From a virus (taxonomy: Duplodnaviria > Caudoviricetes): 42,880 nt of DNA. Below, one piece after another: positions 8,443-17,059 of the stretch; the first letter of the stretch is position 1; each line of letters starts with the position of its first letter. A program made the translations under genes and the position numbers. Location: the IMG/VR virus record IMGVR_UViG_3300032280_000880, positions 1-42,880 of that record; one strand, given 5' to 3'. The notes under the pieces were generated by a model. That model saw only the letters and a list, made by a program, of their open reading frames with translations, was not told the origin of the DNA and made no database searches.

Positions 8443-9471
8443 TCAAGCCGTTTTCATGCATGTGGTCTCTGCCAGACGCTTCCAGTTCAGCACACTCAAC
8501 TTGCGCAGGTCTGCAATCTTCAAGGCCATGCGCAGGCTCATCTCACGCAGGCGATTCTGGTTGGCGTTCATGAACTCAATAATCTCGTCCTGCACACACT
8601 CGTCAAATTCATAGTCCTGGAACAACACACCGTCCCGAGCAATCTGTTTGATGCGCAGGATCTTGTCACGCATGGTGTCCAAGGTCAAGTCCAGATAGTG
8701 ACAACGACTTTGCAGTGCATCCAAGTGGTCACGCAGTTTCTGGCTCTTCATTTGATCAAACTTCAAGTTGGTAATAAAGATCACACTACCCTTGAACTCA
8801 AAACGGTCTGGAATGCCTTCTCTGCGCAAGGCACTGGATTCGCTCAACCACGAAATAGTGCGTTTCTTGCCTGAGTCTAGTGCACCTTTCAGCAAGTTCA
8901 AGGCCACATCGTCCAGCAAGATTGAGTCACAGTCGTCAAACACAATCACACAATTGGCGTCAGAAAACTTGTACAAGGTCTGGAACAGGCCAATTGGAGT
9001 AGCTGAACCTTTGACCACTTCGGCACGGAGTCGTTTGCCGGCCAGTTTGTCAAACAAACAGGCTTTTTCGATTTCGGTCTCTACGCCAAAGCTCTTGCCC
9101 ACGCCAGGAGGGCCACTCACGATCATGGCGCGAATGTCACCAGTCACTGTGGCCTTGGTCATTTCGGTAAGAATTTCAAAACGCTCGCGAATACGAGCCA
9201 TGGCTTGGTCTTCGGTTTCCACCTGTGCCACAGGTTTAAATTCTACCACTGTATTTTCTTTTGTCACGCTGGTTCCTTCCACATATTCAATGTCTTCAAT
9301 TGAGTTCACACGCACACGCACTTGGCCAAATTCTGGCCCAAAGTAACCTTCGCTGTCCACTGTGACATAGCCGCCGCGGGCACCTGTTCTAAAACCCTGC
9401 ACCAAGGAGAAGGTGATGTTGCGTACAGGTTGGTTACGATACACACCGTTTTTGATACAAATTTTACTCAT
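8443..9471 (-). CDS. AAA+ family ATPase
   Basis: Walker A GPPGVGKS, Walker B IVFDDCD, IFITN, and ALQSR arginine finger; GGAG SD. Confidence 0.85.
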   Translation of the reverse strand: MSKICIKNGVYRNQPVRNITFSLVQGFRTGARGGYVTVDSEGYFGPEFGQVRVRVNSIEDIEYVEGTSVTKENTVVEFKPVAQVETEDQAMARIRERFEILTEMTKATVTGDIRAMIVSGPPGVGKSFGVETEIEKACLFDKLAGKRLRAEVVKGSATPIGLFQTLYKFSDANCVIVFDDCDSILLDDVALNLLKGALDSGKKRTISWLSESSALRREGIPDRFEFKGSVIFITNLKFDQMKSQKLRDHLDALQSRCHYLDLTLDTMRDKILRIKQIARDGVLFQDYEFDECVQDEIIEFMNANQNRLREMSLRMALKIADLRKLSVLNWKRLAETTCMKTA

Positions 9472-9500
9472 TTCTAGCTCCGTTTTGTTAATATATGTAT

Positions 9501-9529
9501 ATTGTACGATATTGTGAATTTGGTGTCAA
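9501..9529 (-). promoter_or_regulatory. Sigma70 promoter TTGACA-N17-TACAAT
   Basis: Consensus -35 with a 17 bp spacer, upstream of the ATPase. Confidence 0.8.
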
Positions 9530-9690
9530 CTCACCATGTCATGTGCCGATTTTGCACGATGCTTGGTGTTGCGTTGATACAACATGACATTTCGCTCGCT
9601 TCGGGCACGAAATGGCAAGTCACGGTCAAAAAGCACACGGTGCACACGGGGCTCCGGGCTTTTTTGTTGGGTGGTCTTTGTTTTGTTCAT
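9526..9690 (-). CDS. Small basic hypothetical protein (54 aa)
   Basis: ATG 9690 lies 6 nt after TATAAT; sequence MNKTKTTQQKSPEPRVHRVLFDRDLPF... Confidence 0.6.
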   Translation of the reverse strand: MNKTKTTQQKSPEPRVHRVLFDRDLPFRARSERNVMLYQRNTKHRAKSAHDMVS

Positions 9691-9696
9691 GCTGTA

Positions 9697-9726
9697 ATTA
9701 TACTCGATTTGGCCATTTTTGGTCAA
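9697..9726 (-). promoter_or_regulatory. Sigma70 promoter TTGACC-N18-TATAAT
   Basis: Shares CAGTTGACCAAAAAT with the promoter at 9850-9879. Confidence 0.7.
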
Positions 9727-9732
9727 CTGTTT

Positions 9733-9819
9733 TTACAGGCCAAACGCCAGCATGCACAGCACAAAACCTGCTGAAAATGCCAGAGTATAACCTAAAACGG
9801 TATGTGCCAATGTTGTCAT
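9733..9819 (-). CDS. 28-aa hydrophobic microprotein MTTLAHTVLGYTLAFSAGFVLCMLAFGL
   Basis: Manual translation; AGGAG SD and a dedicated promoter upstream; one TM-like segment. Confidence 0.6.
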   Translation of the reverse strand: MTTLAHTVLGYTLAFSAGFVLCMLAFGL

Positions 9820-9849
9820 ATCAAGCTCCTGTTTGTTTGCAATAGTGTT

Positions 9850-9906
9850 ATTGTAACCGAAAAAGGTATTTTTGGTCAACTGACAGTTTGTTGCAAAAAA
9901 ACAACA
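9850..9906 (-). promoter_or_regulatory. Sigma70 promoter TTGACC-N18-TACAAT with upstream inverted repeat TGTTG-N8-CAACA
   Basis: -10 at 9850-9855, -35 at 9874-9879, dyad at 9889-9906. Confidence 0.65.
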
Positions 9907-9921
9907 CTCAAACGAGTTGTG

Positions 9922-10641
9922 TCATTTCCAGTGTTGCACAATCACAGGATCAGAAACTTGATGTGGTTTGGGTTGTCCGTGGCACACCAGTACAGATACC
10001 CCAGGATCAATACAAGTTCCGGACCCGGGTTGGCAATGTTGTCTAGCTGCAGGATCATATCCACCATCTAGTGCTTGCCAGCGCCAGCTGACCACTCTTG
10101 TGTGATCCAATCGTGACTGTTGAGATTGGGGCAGTTGAGCAGTCACATAGTCTTGATCACCCGGATACTGGGCGGCTACTCGATCAGCACCTTGGCTATT
10201 GAATTCTGCCCACAGTGACTCGTACCGACTGGTATCCCACCACATCACACTGGTGTTGAGCCCAGGCCATGTTGACCGCCAAAGATACTTGAAGTCTCGC
10301 ACAGCCCAAAAACGATCCAAGGGCAGTTGCCAAATCCAGTCTATGGAATCCACAATGACCACATCTAGATCAAAATACAGCATGGGACCCGAATAGTGTG
10401 CGGGATCAAACAGTTGCATTTTGTACCACCAAGGCTTGTTCACCCTCCATGGTGTCAACACATGTTTGACCATGTGATCGGGAACCGGTCTGTCGTGTTC
10501 GGTGTACACATGCAGGGTCACCGGTCTTGAAACATGACGAGTCAACATGTTGTAAAGAGTGGTCACATACTGCCATGGGTATGCATCGCCCACAATCACA
10601 CAGGCACAGTCTAAAGGTAAGGTTCCAGACGCTGAATCCAC
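9922..10641 (-). CDS. Glycosyltransferase (GT-A, GT8-like)
   Basis: WWYKMQLF, LYFDLDVVI (DxD), NTSVM, GDQDY and HGQPKP motifs. Confidence 0.8.
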   Translation of the reverse strand: MDSASGTLPLDCACVIVGDAYPWQYVTTLYNMLTRHVSRPVTLHVYTEHDRPVPDHMVKHVLTPWRVNKPWWYKMQLFDPAHYSGPMLYFDLDVVIVDSIDWIWQLPLDRFWAVRDFKYLWRSTWPGLNTSVMWWDTSRYESLWAEFNSQGADRVAAQYPGDQDYVTAQLPQSQQSRLDHTRVVSWRWQALDGGYDPAARQHCQPGSGTCIDPGVSVLVCHGQPKPHQVSDPVIVQHWK

Positions 10642-11453
10642 AATCCTGCCTCCAGTTCTGGTATGGTATATTCAGTATGAGCTATTTCCACCAACCACTG
10701 CTCGCGATCTACCGCATAAGGCTGTTCGATGTTAGCAATGTCAATGCCCACAGGTGATGCCAAACTAGATCTATCCACTATGGGTCTAGCACCAGCTAAT
10801 GCTGCCTGGATACCAGGTCCGCTGTTGTGGTTTACCACAGCATGATAGTCGACGGTCATATCGTAACTGTCATAGGTATTAGCCAGGCGTTGTGCGGCTT
10901 GTATTTCAATTCCCAATGGCAGTTGACTGATATTCAAGGCACAGCGTGGATGAGAACGCACCACAATGGGTCGATTAGTCACTGATCTTATTTGTGCAAT
11001 CTGTTGTGTGATCCAGGCTTCTTGATCTGGCACTGCTGACATCTGCAGGCTTTGCTGGTGTTGTGCAGCTATTAATATTTCTGGGCGCAGAGTCTGATTC
11101 TCTAGAGCAATGCCCAGGAGCCGAGGCCGATCCCAGTCTAGATTGTGTTTATGTCCATAGTGTCCATCTGCAGTGATGTTGTTCACCGCCACTTTCCAGG
11201 TCACTCCACGGATCAAGGTGCCCACATCAATTACAATCACAGGACGGTCAAGACCACGATAGTGGTTGTAAACTTCACGATTTTCCAGCATGCGACCATG
11301 CCACAGCACAGACCATATGATCACAGCATCTGAATCCCAACTCTGTGCCTGAATTTCAATGCCGTGTTGATTGAGGCTGCCGCGAACCGCCGCCATGACT
11401 TCGCCGGAGTTGCGGGCACATTGTAAAGGAAAATAGGCTATGGTTTTGATCAC
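10611..11453 (-). CDS. Capsular-polysaccharide-type glycosyltransferase (KpsS-like, GT-B)
   Basis: IVVRSHP and VVNHNSGPGIQAALAG motifs; paralog of 12915..13865. Start uncertain (GTG 11453 chosen to avoid overlap with the divergent gene). Confidence 0.6.
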   Translation of the reverse strand: MIKTIAYFPLQCARNSGEVMAAVRGSLNQHGIEIQAQSWDSDAVIIWSVLWHGRMLENREVYNHYRGLDRPVIVIDVGTLIRGVTWKVAVNNITADGHYGHKHNLDWDRPRLLGIALENQTLRPEILIAAQHQQSLQMSAVPDQEAWITQQIAQIRSVTNRPIVVRSHPRCALNISQLPLGIEIQAAQRLANTYDSYDMTVDYHAVVNHNSGPGIQAALAGARPIVDRSSLASPVGIDIANIEQPYAVDREQWLVEIAHTEYTIPELEAGLWIQRLEPYL

Positions 11454-11465
11454 TAAATATCTCAC

Positions 11466-12269
11466 ATGAGCTATTGTGTAGTTACCACTTTTCACGACCC
11501 AGGCTACAACTTGTATGGTCAACGCATGATTCAAACCTTTTTGAACACCTGGCCTCGCGAGGTTGATCTAGTGGTCTATGCCGAATCTTGTGAAGTTCTG
11601 GAATCTGCACCAAATTTGGCTGTGTTGGACCTGGCACAGGCATCACCCGAATTGGTGGCATTCAAACAACAGTGGCAGTCGGTGCCCTGGGCCAATGGTG
11701 ATGTGAGTCAGGATCCTCAACGAAGCCGCCGTAGAGATCGCGGAAAAAAATTCAAGTGGGAAGCTGTGAGATTTGCCCACAAGGTGTATGCCATATGTCA
11801 TGCTGCTCAACACTCTCAAGCTCAGTGGTTGATCTGGATGGATGCTGACACTGTGTGCCACAGCTCAATCTCTCTGGCCAATTTAGACACATTGTGCCCC
11901 AATCAATACGATATCTGCTACCTGGGTCGCGAAAACAAGTACTCCGAATGTGGATTGTATGCCATGAATCTTGAAAGTACCGCAGCCCGAGAATTCTTAA
12001 CGCTGTTCCAGCACTACTATGATTCAGCCGAAACTGGCATATTCACCTTGGCCGAATGGCACGACAGTTTTGTGTTTGATGCTGTGCGAGCGCAAGTGCC
12101 ATTGAAGCAACTAAACTGGAGTGAGGGACTGATATCCGGAGAAGGTCATCCCTTGATCAATTCAGCATGGGGTGCATGGCTGGACCATCTCAAAGGTGCC
12201 AGAAAATCTCTGGGTCGCAGCAGAGCACAGGACCTGATCCGCCCACGCAGCGAATCTTACTGGCAATGA
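11466..12269 (+). CDS. Nucleotide-diphospho-sugar transferase (GT-A)
   Basis: RFAHKVYA, LIWMDAD, EWHDSFVFD and DHLKG motifs; TAAATA 6 nt upstream. Confidence 0.75.
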   Translation: MSYCVVTTFHDPGYNLYGQRMIQTFLNTWPREVDLVVYAESCEVLESAPNLAVLDLAQASPELVAFKQQWQSVPWANGDVSQDPQRSRRRDRGKKFKWEAVRFAHKVYAICHAAQHSQAQWLIWMDADTVCHSSISLANLDTLCPNQYDICYLGRENKYSECGLYAMNLESTAAREFLTLFQHYYDSAETGIFTLAEWHDSFVFDAVRAQVPLKQLNWSEGLISGEGHPLINSAWGAWLDHLKGARKSLGRSRAQDLIRPRSESYWQ

Positions 12270-13003
12270 ACTGTTACATTATCTATCTTTCTAGAGTGGC
12301 CAGCAGTGCCAGATCTGCTGAAACACTGGCGCAACAGTTAACCAACTACGGAATTTCTTGGCAACTGTTTGAAGGATCCTATGGCAATGTGACCAAGCAA
12401 CAGTATGAATCCCAGGGTCGAGGTTGCCATGCTTGGGGGCTCAAGGGCCCAGATCGACCCTTGAGTGACCATGAAAAATACGAAATGAGCCTGCCGGGAG
12501 TGATTGGCTGTTTTGACAGTCACTATCGACTGTGGCAACTGTGTGTGGAGCTGGGAGAACCCATCATGGTGTTCGAAGATGACACCCGACTGATCAGACC
12601 CTTGATACCCGTGGAGTTTGATCAGGTGTTGATTGTGGCCACCAGTCACGACAAAAAGCTGGCCAAATATCGGGACTACTTGACATCTCCGTCAGGTGAG
12701 GCTGTAGCGTGTGAATATCGACAGGCCAGCATGCCAGGCACTGCTGGTTACATCATAAAACCTGCTGCGGCCAAAATTTTGGTCGACGCATACCAACACT
12801 CATTTTTGCCCTCGGACAATGCCATGAATCAAACCTTGATCCGACTGGAGATTCACAATTATCTAATGGGTCAGGCTCAAGATCGAGATCCCACTGGGGG
12901 CAAAAGTTCTTTGGTCAAGACTGACTACTGGAACGAACAAACTGTCGCATGTGACGCCAGCACTCACCGGACTCCAGTTCTTGAAAATTCCAGTGGCTCA
13001 TAG
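12266..13003 (+). CDS. Glycosyltransferase family 25
   Basis: YIIYL, GCFDSHYRLW, IMVFEDD and GTAGYII.P.AA motifs; ATGA overlap with the upstream gene. Confidence 0.8.
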   Translation: MNCYIIYLSRVASSARSAETLAQQLTNYGISWQLFEGSYGNVTKQQYESQGRGCHAWGLKGPDRPLSDHEKYEMSLPGVIGCFDSHYRLWQLCVELGEPIMVFEDDTRLIRPLIPVEFDQVLIVATSHDKKLAKYRDYLTSPSGEAVACEYRQASMPGTAGYIIKPAAAKILVDAYQHSFLPSDNAMNQTLIRLEIHNYLMGQAQDRDPTGGKSSLVKTDYWNEQTVACDASTHRTPVLENSSGS

Positions 13004-13865
13004 CCAAGCGTTGTACCCAGCTCAGTCGATCCGGCAATTCGGGTGATTCGATCTGGCTCAGGTCCCAGTTGGCAATTGCCCAGCACTGACTGCGATCAGG
13101 ATCGGTCACAAACACCGGATATCCTTCCACAGCCGCAGCCACAGCAGGACTTGAATTGTGGTTGACCACAGCCCAGCAATTGATCAAATCCTGGCCTAAA
13201 TCTCGGTGCTGACTCACCCGAATTGGGTTTGAGATTGCGACTCCGGGCAAGGGATTCACAAGATCCAAGTAGGTGTGAAGTTTTTTGTCTCCCGGATGTG
13301 GGCGTATCACAATGGGCCGATCGGTATATCGTGCCAGCGTTTGAACAGTTTGTGTCAACCAGGAGGTGACATCAAGATCGCCCATGCTCCAGCCGCCCTG
13401 TCGCTGCAGGCATATTAGCACATGATCCCCGGTGGTTCTGTAGTCACGCAACTCAATGCCCAATCGTTGACTGATGCTGCGCCATCTAGCAGGATCCACT
13501 GGGCGATCACAGTACTCGCCAGTGTTGGGGAATATGTCATCAAAGCTGTAACGTAGATAGTGGTGTGAATTGTCAGCGTCGGCGTACAGGAACAAGTTGC
13601 TATCCACAGCCAACACTCTGCGCTGCATGCGCCGCTGTGACATGATCACGCGATTTCTCAAATCAGCATGCGGTCTTGGCCGGGCAGTTGTGGTATACCA
13701 ACCTTGAATCACAGCCACATCAGTGTGACCAACTTGATAGTCCTCAACATCCACTACTGAGTCACCCGTGATTCTCACGCCCTGTGCAAACAGTCTTAAA
13801 AGATTGACCTTTTCCCAATTGCGGCCATTGGGCACAGATCTGTGATAAACTGCCACCGTGTTCAT
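12915..13865 (-). CDS. Capsular-polysaccharide-type glycosyltransferase (KpsS-like, GT-B)
   Basis: IVIRPHP and VVNHNSSPAVAAAVEGYPVF motifs. Confidence 0.6.
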   Translation of the reverse strand: MNTVAVYHRSVPNGRNWEKVNLLRLFAQGVRITGDSVVDVEDYQVGHTDVAVIQGWYTTTARPRPHADLRNRVIMSQRRMQRRVLAVDSNLFLYADADNSHHYLRYSFDDIFPNTGEYCDRPVDPARWRSISQRLGIELRDYRTTGDHVLICLQRQGGWSMGDLDVTSWLTQTVQTLARYTDRPIVIRPHPGDKKLHTYLDLVNPLPGVAISNPIRVSQHRDLGQDLINCWAVVNHNSSPAVAAAVEGYPVFVTDPDRSQCWAIANWDLSQIESPELPDRLSWVQRLAMSHWNFQELESGECWRHMRQFVRSSSQS

Positions 13866-14533
13866 GATGGGTGTTGTGCGAGTTGTCGTTCTCGATGCCA
13901 GACATCGGCTTGGGGCACCGACTGGTACTCAGCAAAGCAAGGTGTGCCCAGGGTGTAATGCAGCAGTTTGGCCTCAGGATTAGCACCCAATTCGTCGGGC
14001 AGCCAGTTCCATTCCCGGGGCAATTCTCCAATGTCTGAGTCATCCAACCAGCCAAAGCGATGCAGATAGGATCCGGTGCTGTGTTGCACCAAGTCAGGTG
14101 TGAGTACTTGATTTTTCGCATGACCACAGTTCCACACAATCACACTGGACCAATTCTTACGCGGATAGTTGTGATTGGCATTGCCCCGGTATTTGACTGC
14201 AGAACGAGTTTGATAGTCATGTTTGACCACAGACACAGCATGTTGATCGCTCAGAAGGTCAAACAGTTCTAGGATGTCGCTCTGCAACACCATGTCACCG
14301 TCAATGAATACAGCACGACCCTGATAGTCCATGAGATAAGGCACCAAGAAACGACTGTACACAAAGGTGTTGCTGCCGTCAGTATGTGTTTCTTGATAGT
14401 CAGTCATGAGATTGAGAGCCAAGGGCACAATGGCCACAGGGGCAGAGGCCAGTCTTATGATGCTGTTGCAACACACATGGTATGCCACTGCTTCGCGTGG
14501 ATCATAGCCCACAAACACCGGGACCGGCAGCAT
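13862..14533 (-). CDS. Glycosyltransferase (GT-A, GT8-related)
   Basis: VFVGYDPRE, SRFLVPYL, FIDGDM, YPRKNWSSV, EWNWL and LHYTLGTP motifs. Confidence 0.8.
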   Translation of the reverse strand: MLPVPVFVGYDPREAVAYHVCCNSIIRLASAPVAIVPLALNLMTDYQETHTDGSNTFVYSRFLVPYLMDYQGRAVFIDGDMVLQSDILELFDLLSDQHAVSVVKHDYQTRSAVKYRGNANHNYPRKNWSSVIVWNCGHAKNQVLTPDLVQHSTGSYLHRFGWLDDSDIGELPREWNWLPDELGANPEAKLLHYTLGTPCFAEYQSVPQADVWHRERQLAQHPS

Positions 14534-14536
14534 GCC

Positions 14537-15286
14537 TTATTCCCCGTAGTGGATGAAGTTTTTGTCCAGCCAGGGCAAGATCAAGTCCGAGTGTGCCAAG
14601 TGCCCGCGCTTTAGTATGCCTTCGGCTGCTGACTCGGGCAGCAGCTGACGATCTGCCAGATCATACCAGGTGGTGGTTCTGGGATCCATGGGCTGATGTG
14701 TGCTCTTGTATGCTATGGCATGCAGCCAAGGATCCGTGGGTCGCTTGAGAAAAAATCCATTTTGACAGTCCCAACCTGACACTGCCAGTTGGTGAATGAG
14801 ACTCACAAGACTGTGATGATGATAGCATCCGTTTTGCTGTGTGTGTATCAACTGGCGACGCACAATGCTGGCTGTTTGTGGCAGGATCAACACCAACATA
14901 CCGCCATCACTGGTGGCATGCCACCAACGGCTCAAGGCAGCTACGGGATTGATACAGTACTGAAAAGCATCATGACACCACAGCACATCGAATTTGGTAG
15001 GCGGAGCATCCACAGCTTGTTCAAAGTCGTTGCGCTGATAAACTATGTTGGGATACCGATGCGCCACTGGCAAGGAATCCAGGAGGTCGATACCGGTGCA
15101 CTTGATCTCAAGTGGTTGTGGCACATCATCTCGTGTGGTGCGTGTGGCCCACCATTCCAAGTCCAGGCCAGAACCACAACCCAGGTCAGCCAAGGTGCCC
15201 ACGCTTTCCATAAAGTCGTCGTATTCGTAGAACAAGTTTAGTGTTTCGAGACTGTGCTCGTGGCTTTCATCGTGATTTTTAAACAT
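14537..15286 (-). CDS. Class I SAM-dependent methyltransferase
   Basis: LADLGCGSG, TGID, FDVLWCH and GGML motifs; start at ATG 15286. Confidence 0.8.
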   Translation of the reverse strand: MFKNHDESHEHSLETLNLFYEYDDFMESVGTLADLGCGSGLDLEWWATRTTRDDVPQPLEIKCTGIDLLDSLPVAHRYPNIVYQRNDFEQAVDAPPTKFDVLWCHDAFQYCINPVAALSRWWHATSDGGMLVLILPQTASIVRRQLIHTQQNGCYHHHSLVSLIHQLAVSGWDCQNGFFLKRPTDPWLHAIAYKSTHQPMDPRTTTWYDLADRQLLPESAAEGILKRGHLAHSDLILPWLDKNFIHYGE

Positions 15287-16331
15287 GTGACCGTTGCTCC
15301 AGTTGCGTGATTTTTTGATAACTATGCATTGGATAGTTGTCATATACCTGTTGTAGATGACGTGAATTTTGCACAAGTATTGGCCAGTATTGACATTTCA
15401 TTTCGGCCAAGTCCAGAGTCATGAGTTTTGCCACCAAGTCTACCACAACCTGTTTGCGTTGATCAGCATCCTGGATGTTGTCATAAACATGGCCATCAAA
15501 CAAGTCATCAAACATGTCAAAACCCTGGCTTCGTACCAATGCCACGGTGCCTGGGACCGAATACCAGATTGGAAATTGATGCCAGGCAAATGGTTTGAAT
15601 GATTTTTCTGTCAGAAATACACTTTTCCAGCACTGCTCGTCCTGTTGATTGGATGATTCTACCACAAGGTTGATGTATGCACGATAAAATATATCAGTGT
15701 CGGGTGCACCAGTTACTCGTTGTGCCGATGAAGAATTTCTCTCTTGTGCAATCACAATGGGAAAAGGATATGGATGCATGATGTCTTGCATGAGTTGTTG
15801 TCTGGCCTGGATCCCTGCATCGTCAGGATTTGAACCCAGGGTCAACAATACCTGATTTTGATCAAAACGCTCCAACAGCAAGCGAGCAAATCTAGCACGA
15901 TCTACACTGTCTCTACGCATGAGACACAGCAGAGCATGATCACATGATAAATTTTGCCAGTCAACTGATTGAGCTACTCGAGGCAAGTCCCCCCATCGCA
16001 CCATTCGATCAGTCAAACAAATGGCCGGATACGGTAACTGCTCAACGGATTCTTGCACAGTAAAAATCACTCTAAAATTGCAGTCTGGTACACCTTGTGC
16101 TCGGAACCAGGTGAACAGCACCCAAAGATGGCTAGAATCCAGTCCCTCCGGACCGCAGTCAATGATCCAAACATAGTGCTTGATCTGTTCCGGCAAGATA
16201 CCTTGTTGAGCACATTCTTGTACAAATTTTTCAATTACTGGTTGCCCAAAGTAGTCATAATAACTGTGTTGATACCATATGTCATAATAGATAACTCCAT
16301 GGTCACGAATGTGTATGCGCGAAACTGTCAT
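15279..16331 (-). CDS. Hypothetical protein, possible GT-B sugar transferase
   Basis: INLVVES...FLTEKSFKPF...GFDMFDD motif resembles TEK-motif GT10-like phage proteins; located in the glycosylation island. Confidence 0.5.
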   Translation of the reverse strand: MTVSRIHIRDHGVIYYDIWYQHSYYDYFGQPVIEKFVQECAQQGILPEQIKHYVWIIDCGPEGLDSSHLWVLFTWFRAQGVPDCNFRVIFTVQESVEQLPYPAICLTDRMVRWGDLPRVAQSVDWQNLSCDHALLCLMRRDSVDRARFARLLLERFDQNQVLLTLGSNPDDAGIQARQQLMQDIMHPYPFPIVIAQERNSSSAQRVTGAPDTDIFYRAYINLVVESSNQQDEQCWKSVFLTEKSFKPFAWHQFPIWYSVPGTVALVRSQGFDMFDDLFDGHVYDNIQDADQRKQVVVDLVAKLMTLDLAEMKCQYWPILVQNSRHLQQVYDNYPMHSYQKITQLEQRSHV

Positions 16332-16334
16332 GGG

Positions 16335-16787
16335 TTATACCTGTATGTCTTCCATTCCGGCTGTGCGTAGCCTTACAATGTGACCCATTTGCCACTGTTT
16401 GGTATCCAAGCCTTTGAGAATGCCCAACCAACGATTACGTAGGAACGCCACTTCGTTGATTATGGTTTCAAAGTCAATCACTTCGTCTTCTCCATCCACG
16501 TACTTTTCGGCATCTCTTGATGTCAGTGCTCGCGCATAGCCCTCAAGATACTTTTGAAAATGGCGTCGACGAATTTTTCTCAACTGTATGTTGAGCAGGT
16601 TCAGCACAGCTTCGATTTCCTGCAGCTGATTGAAACGATGTTCGGTGATGCCAGGCAGAGCGGTGATGTTTTTTTCTACCAGTCCCCCAATCTTGCAGTC
16701 GCGCTTGGCCGCTTCCAGTTCACCCTCATAGTGAGCTATAAAGTCCGGAATTGCACCTAGATCGGCAGTGACTCGACTATACCACAT
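16335..16787 (-). CDS. uvsY: UvsY-like recombination mediator
   Basis: Helical, about 150 aa, with Y..AL.SRDAEKYVDGE...KGLD.KQWQ; next to UvsX. Confidence 0.75.
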   Translation of the reverse strand: MWYSRVTADLGAIPDFIAHYEGELEAAKRDCKIGGLVEKNITALPGITEHRFNQLQEIEAVLNLLNIQLRKIRRRHFQKYLEGYARALTSRDAEKYVDGEDEVIDFETIINEVAFLRNRWLGILKGLDTKQWQMGHIVRLRTAGMEDIQV

Positions 16788-17059
16788 TAATCCCAGTTGT
16801 CCTCGTCGTCCTCATCCAGGTCGTCGTTTTCTTCTGTATCTTCTTCAAACATGTCATCCGAATCGGCATCGGTGGCCAAGTAATCACTCAAGGCTGTTTT
16901 GATGTCACTATCGCCTTTGAACCAGGTACGTATTTCGTCGGCGTCAATGTCATGATCTATCAAGATAGCTACAATGGATTCGGCTGCGTCACCGCGATCA
17001 ACCACATTGACGTATCTCTTGAGCTCGGCCCAAATTTCGCTAATAACATCTACACTCAT
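16787..17059 (-). CDS. Acidic hypothetical protein (90 aa)
   Basis: Coupled to UvsX and UvsY; D/E-rich tail. Confidence 0.7.
   Translation of the reverse strand: MSVDVISEIWAELKRYVNVVDRGDAAESIVAILIDHDIDADEIRTWFKGDSDIKTALSDYLATDADSDDMFEEDTEENDDLDEDDEDNWD

Noticed and set aside
8443-9471. Clamp-loader large subunit (gp44) call
   Set aside because: It lacks the recognisable RFC boxes (W.EKYRP, DEAD-type Walker B), so it is left as a generic AAA+ ATPase.
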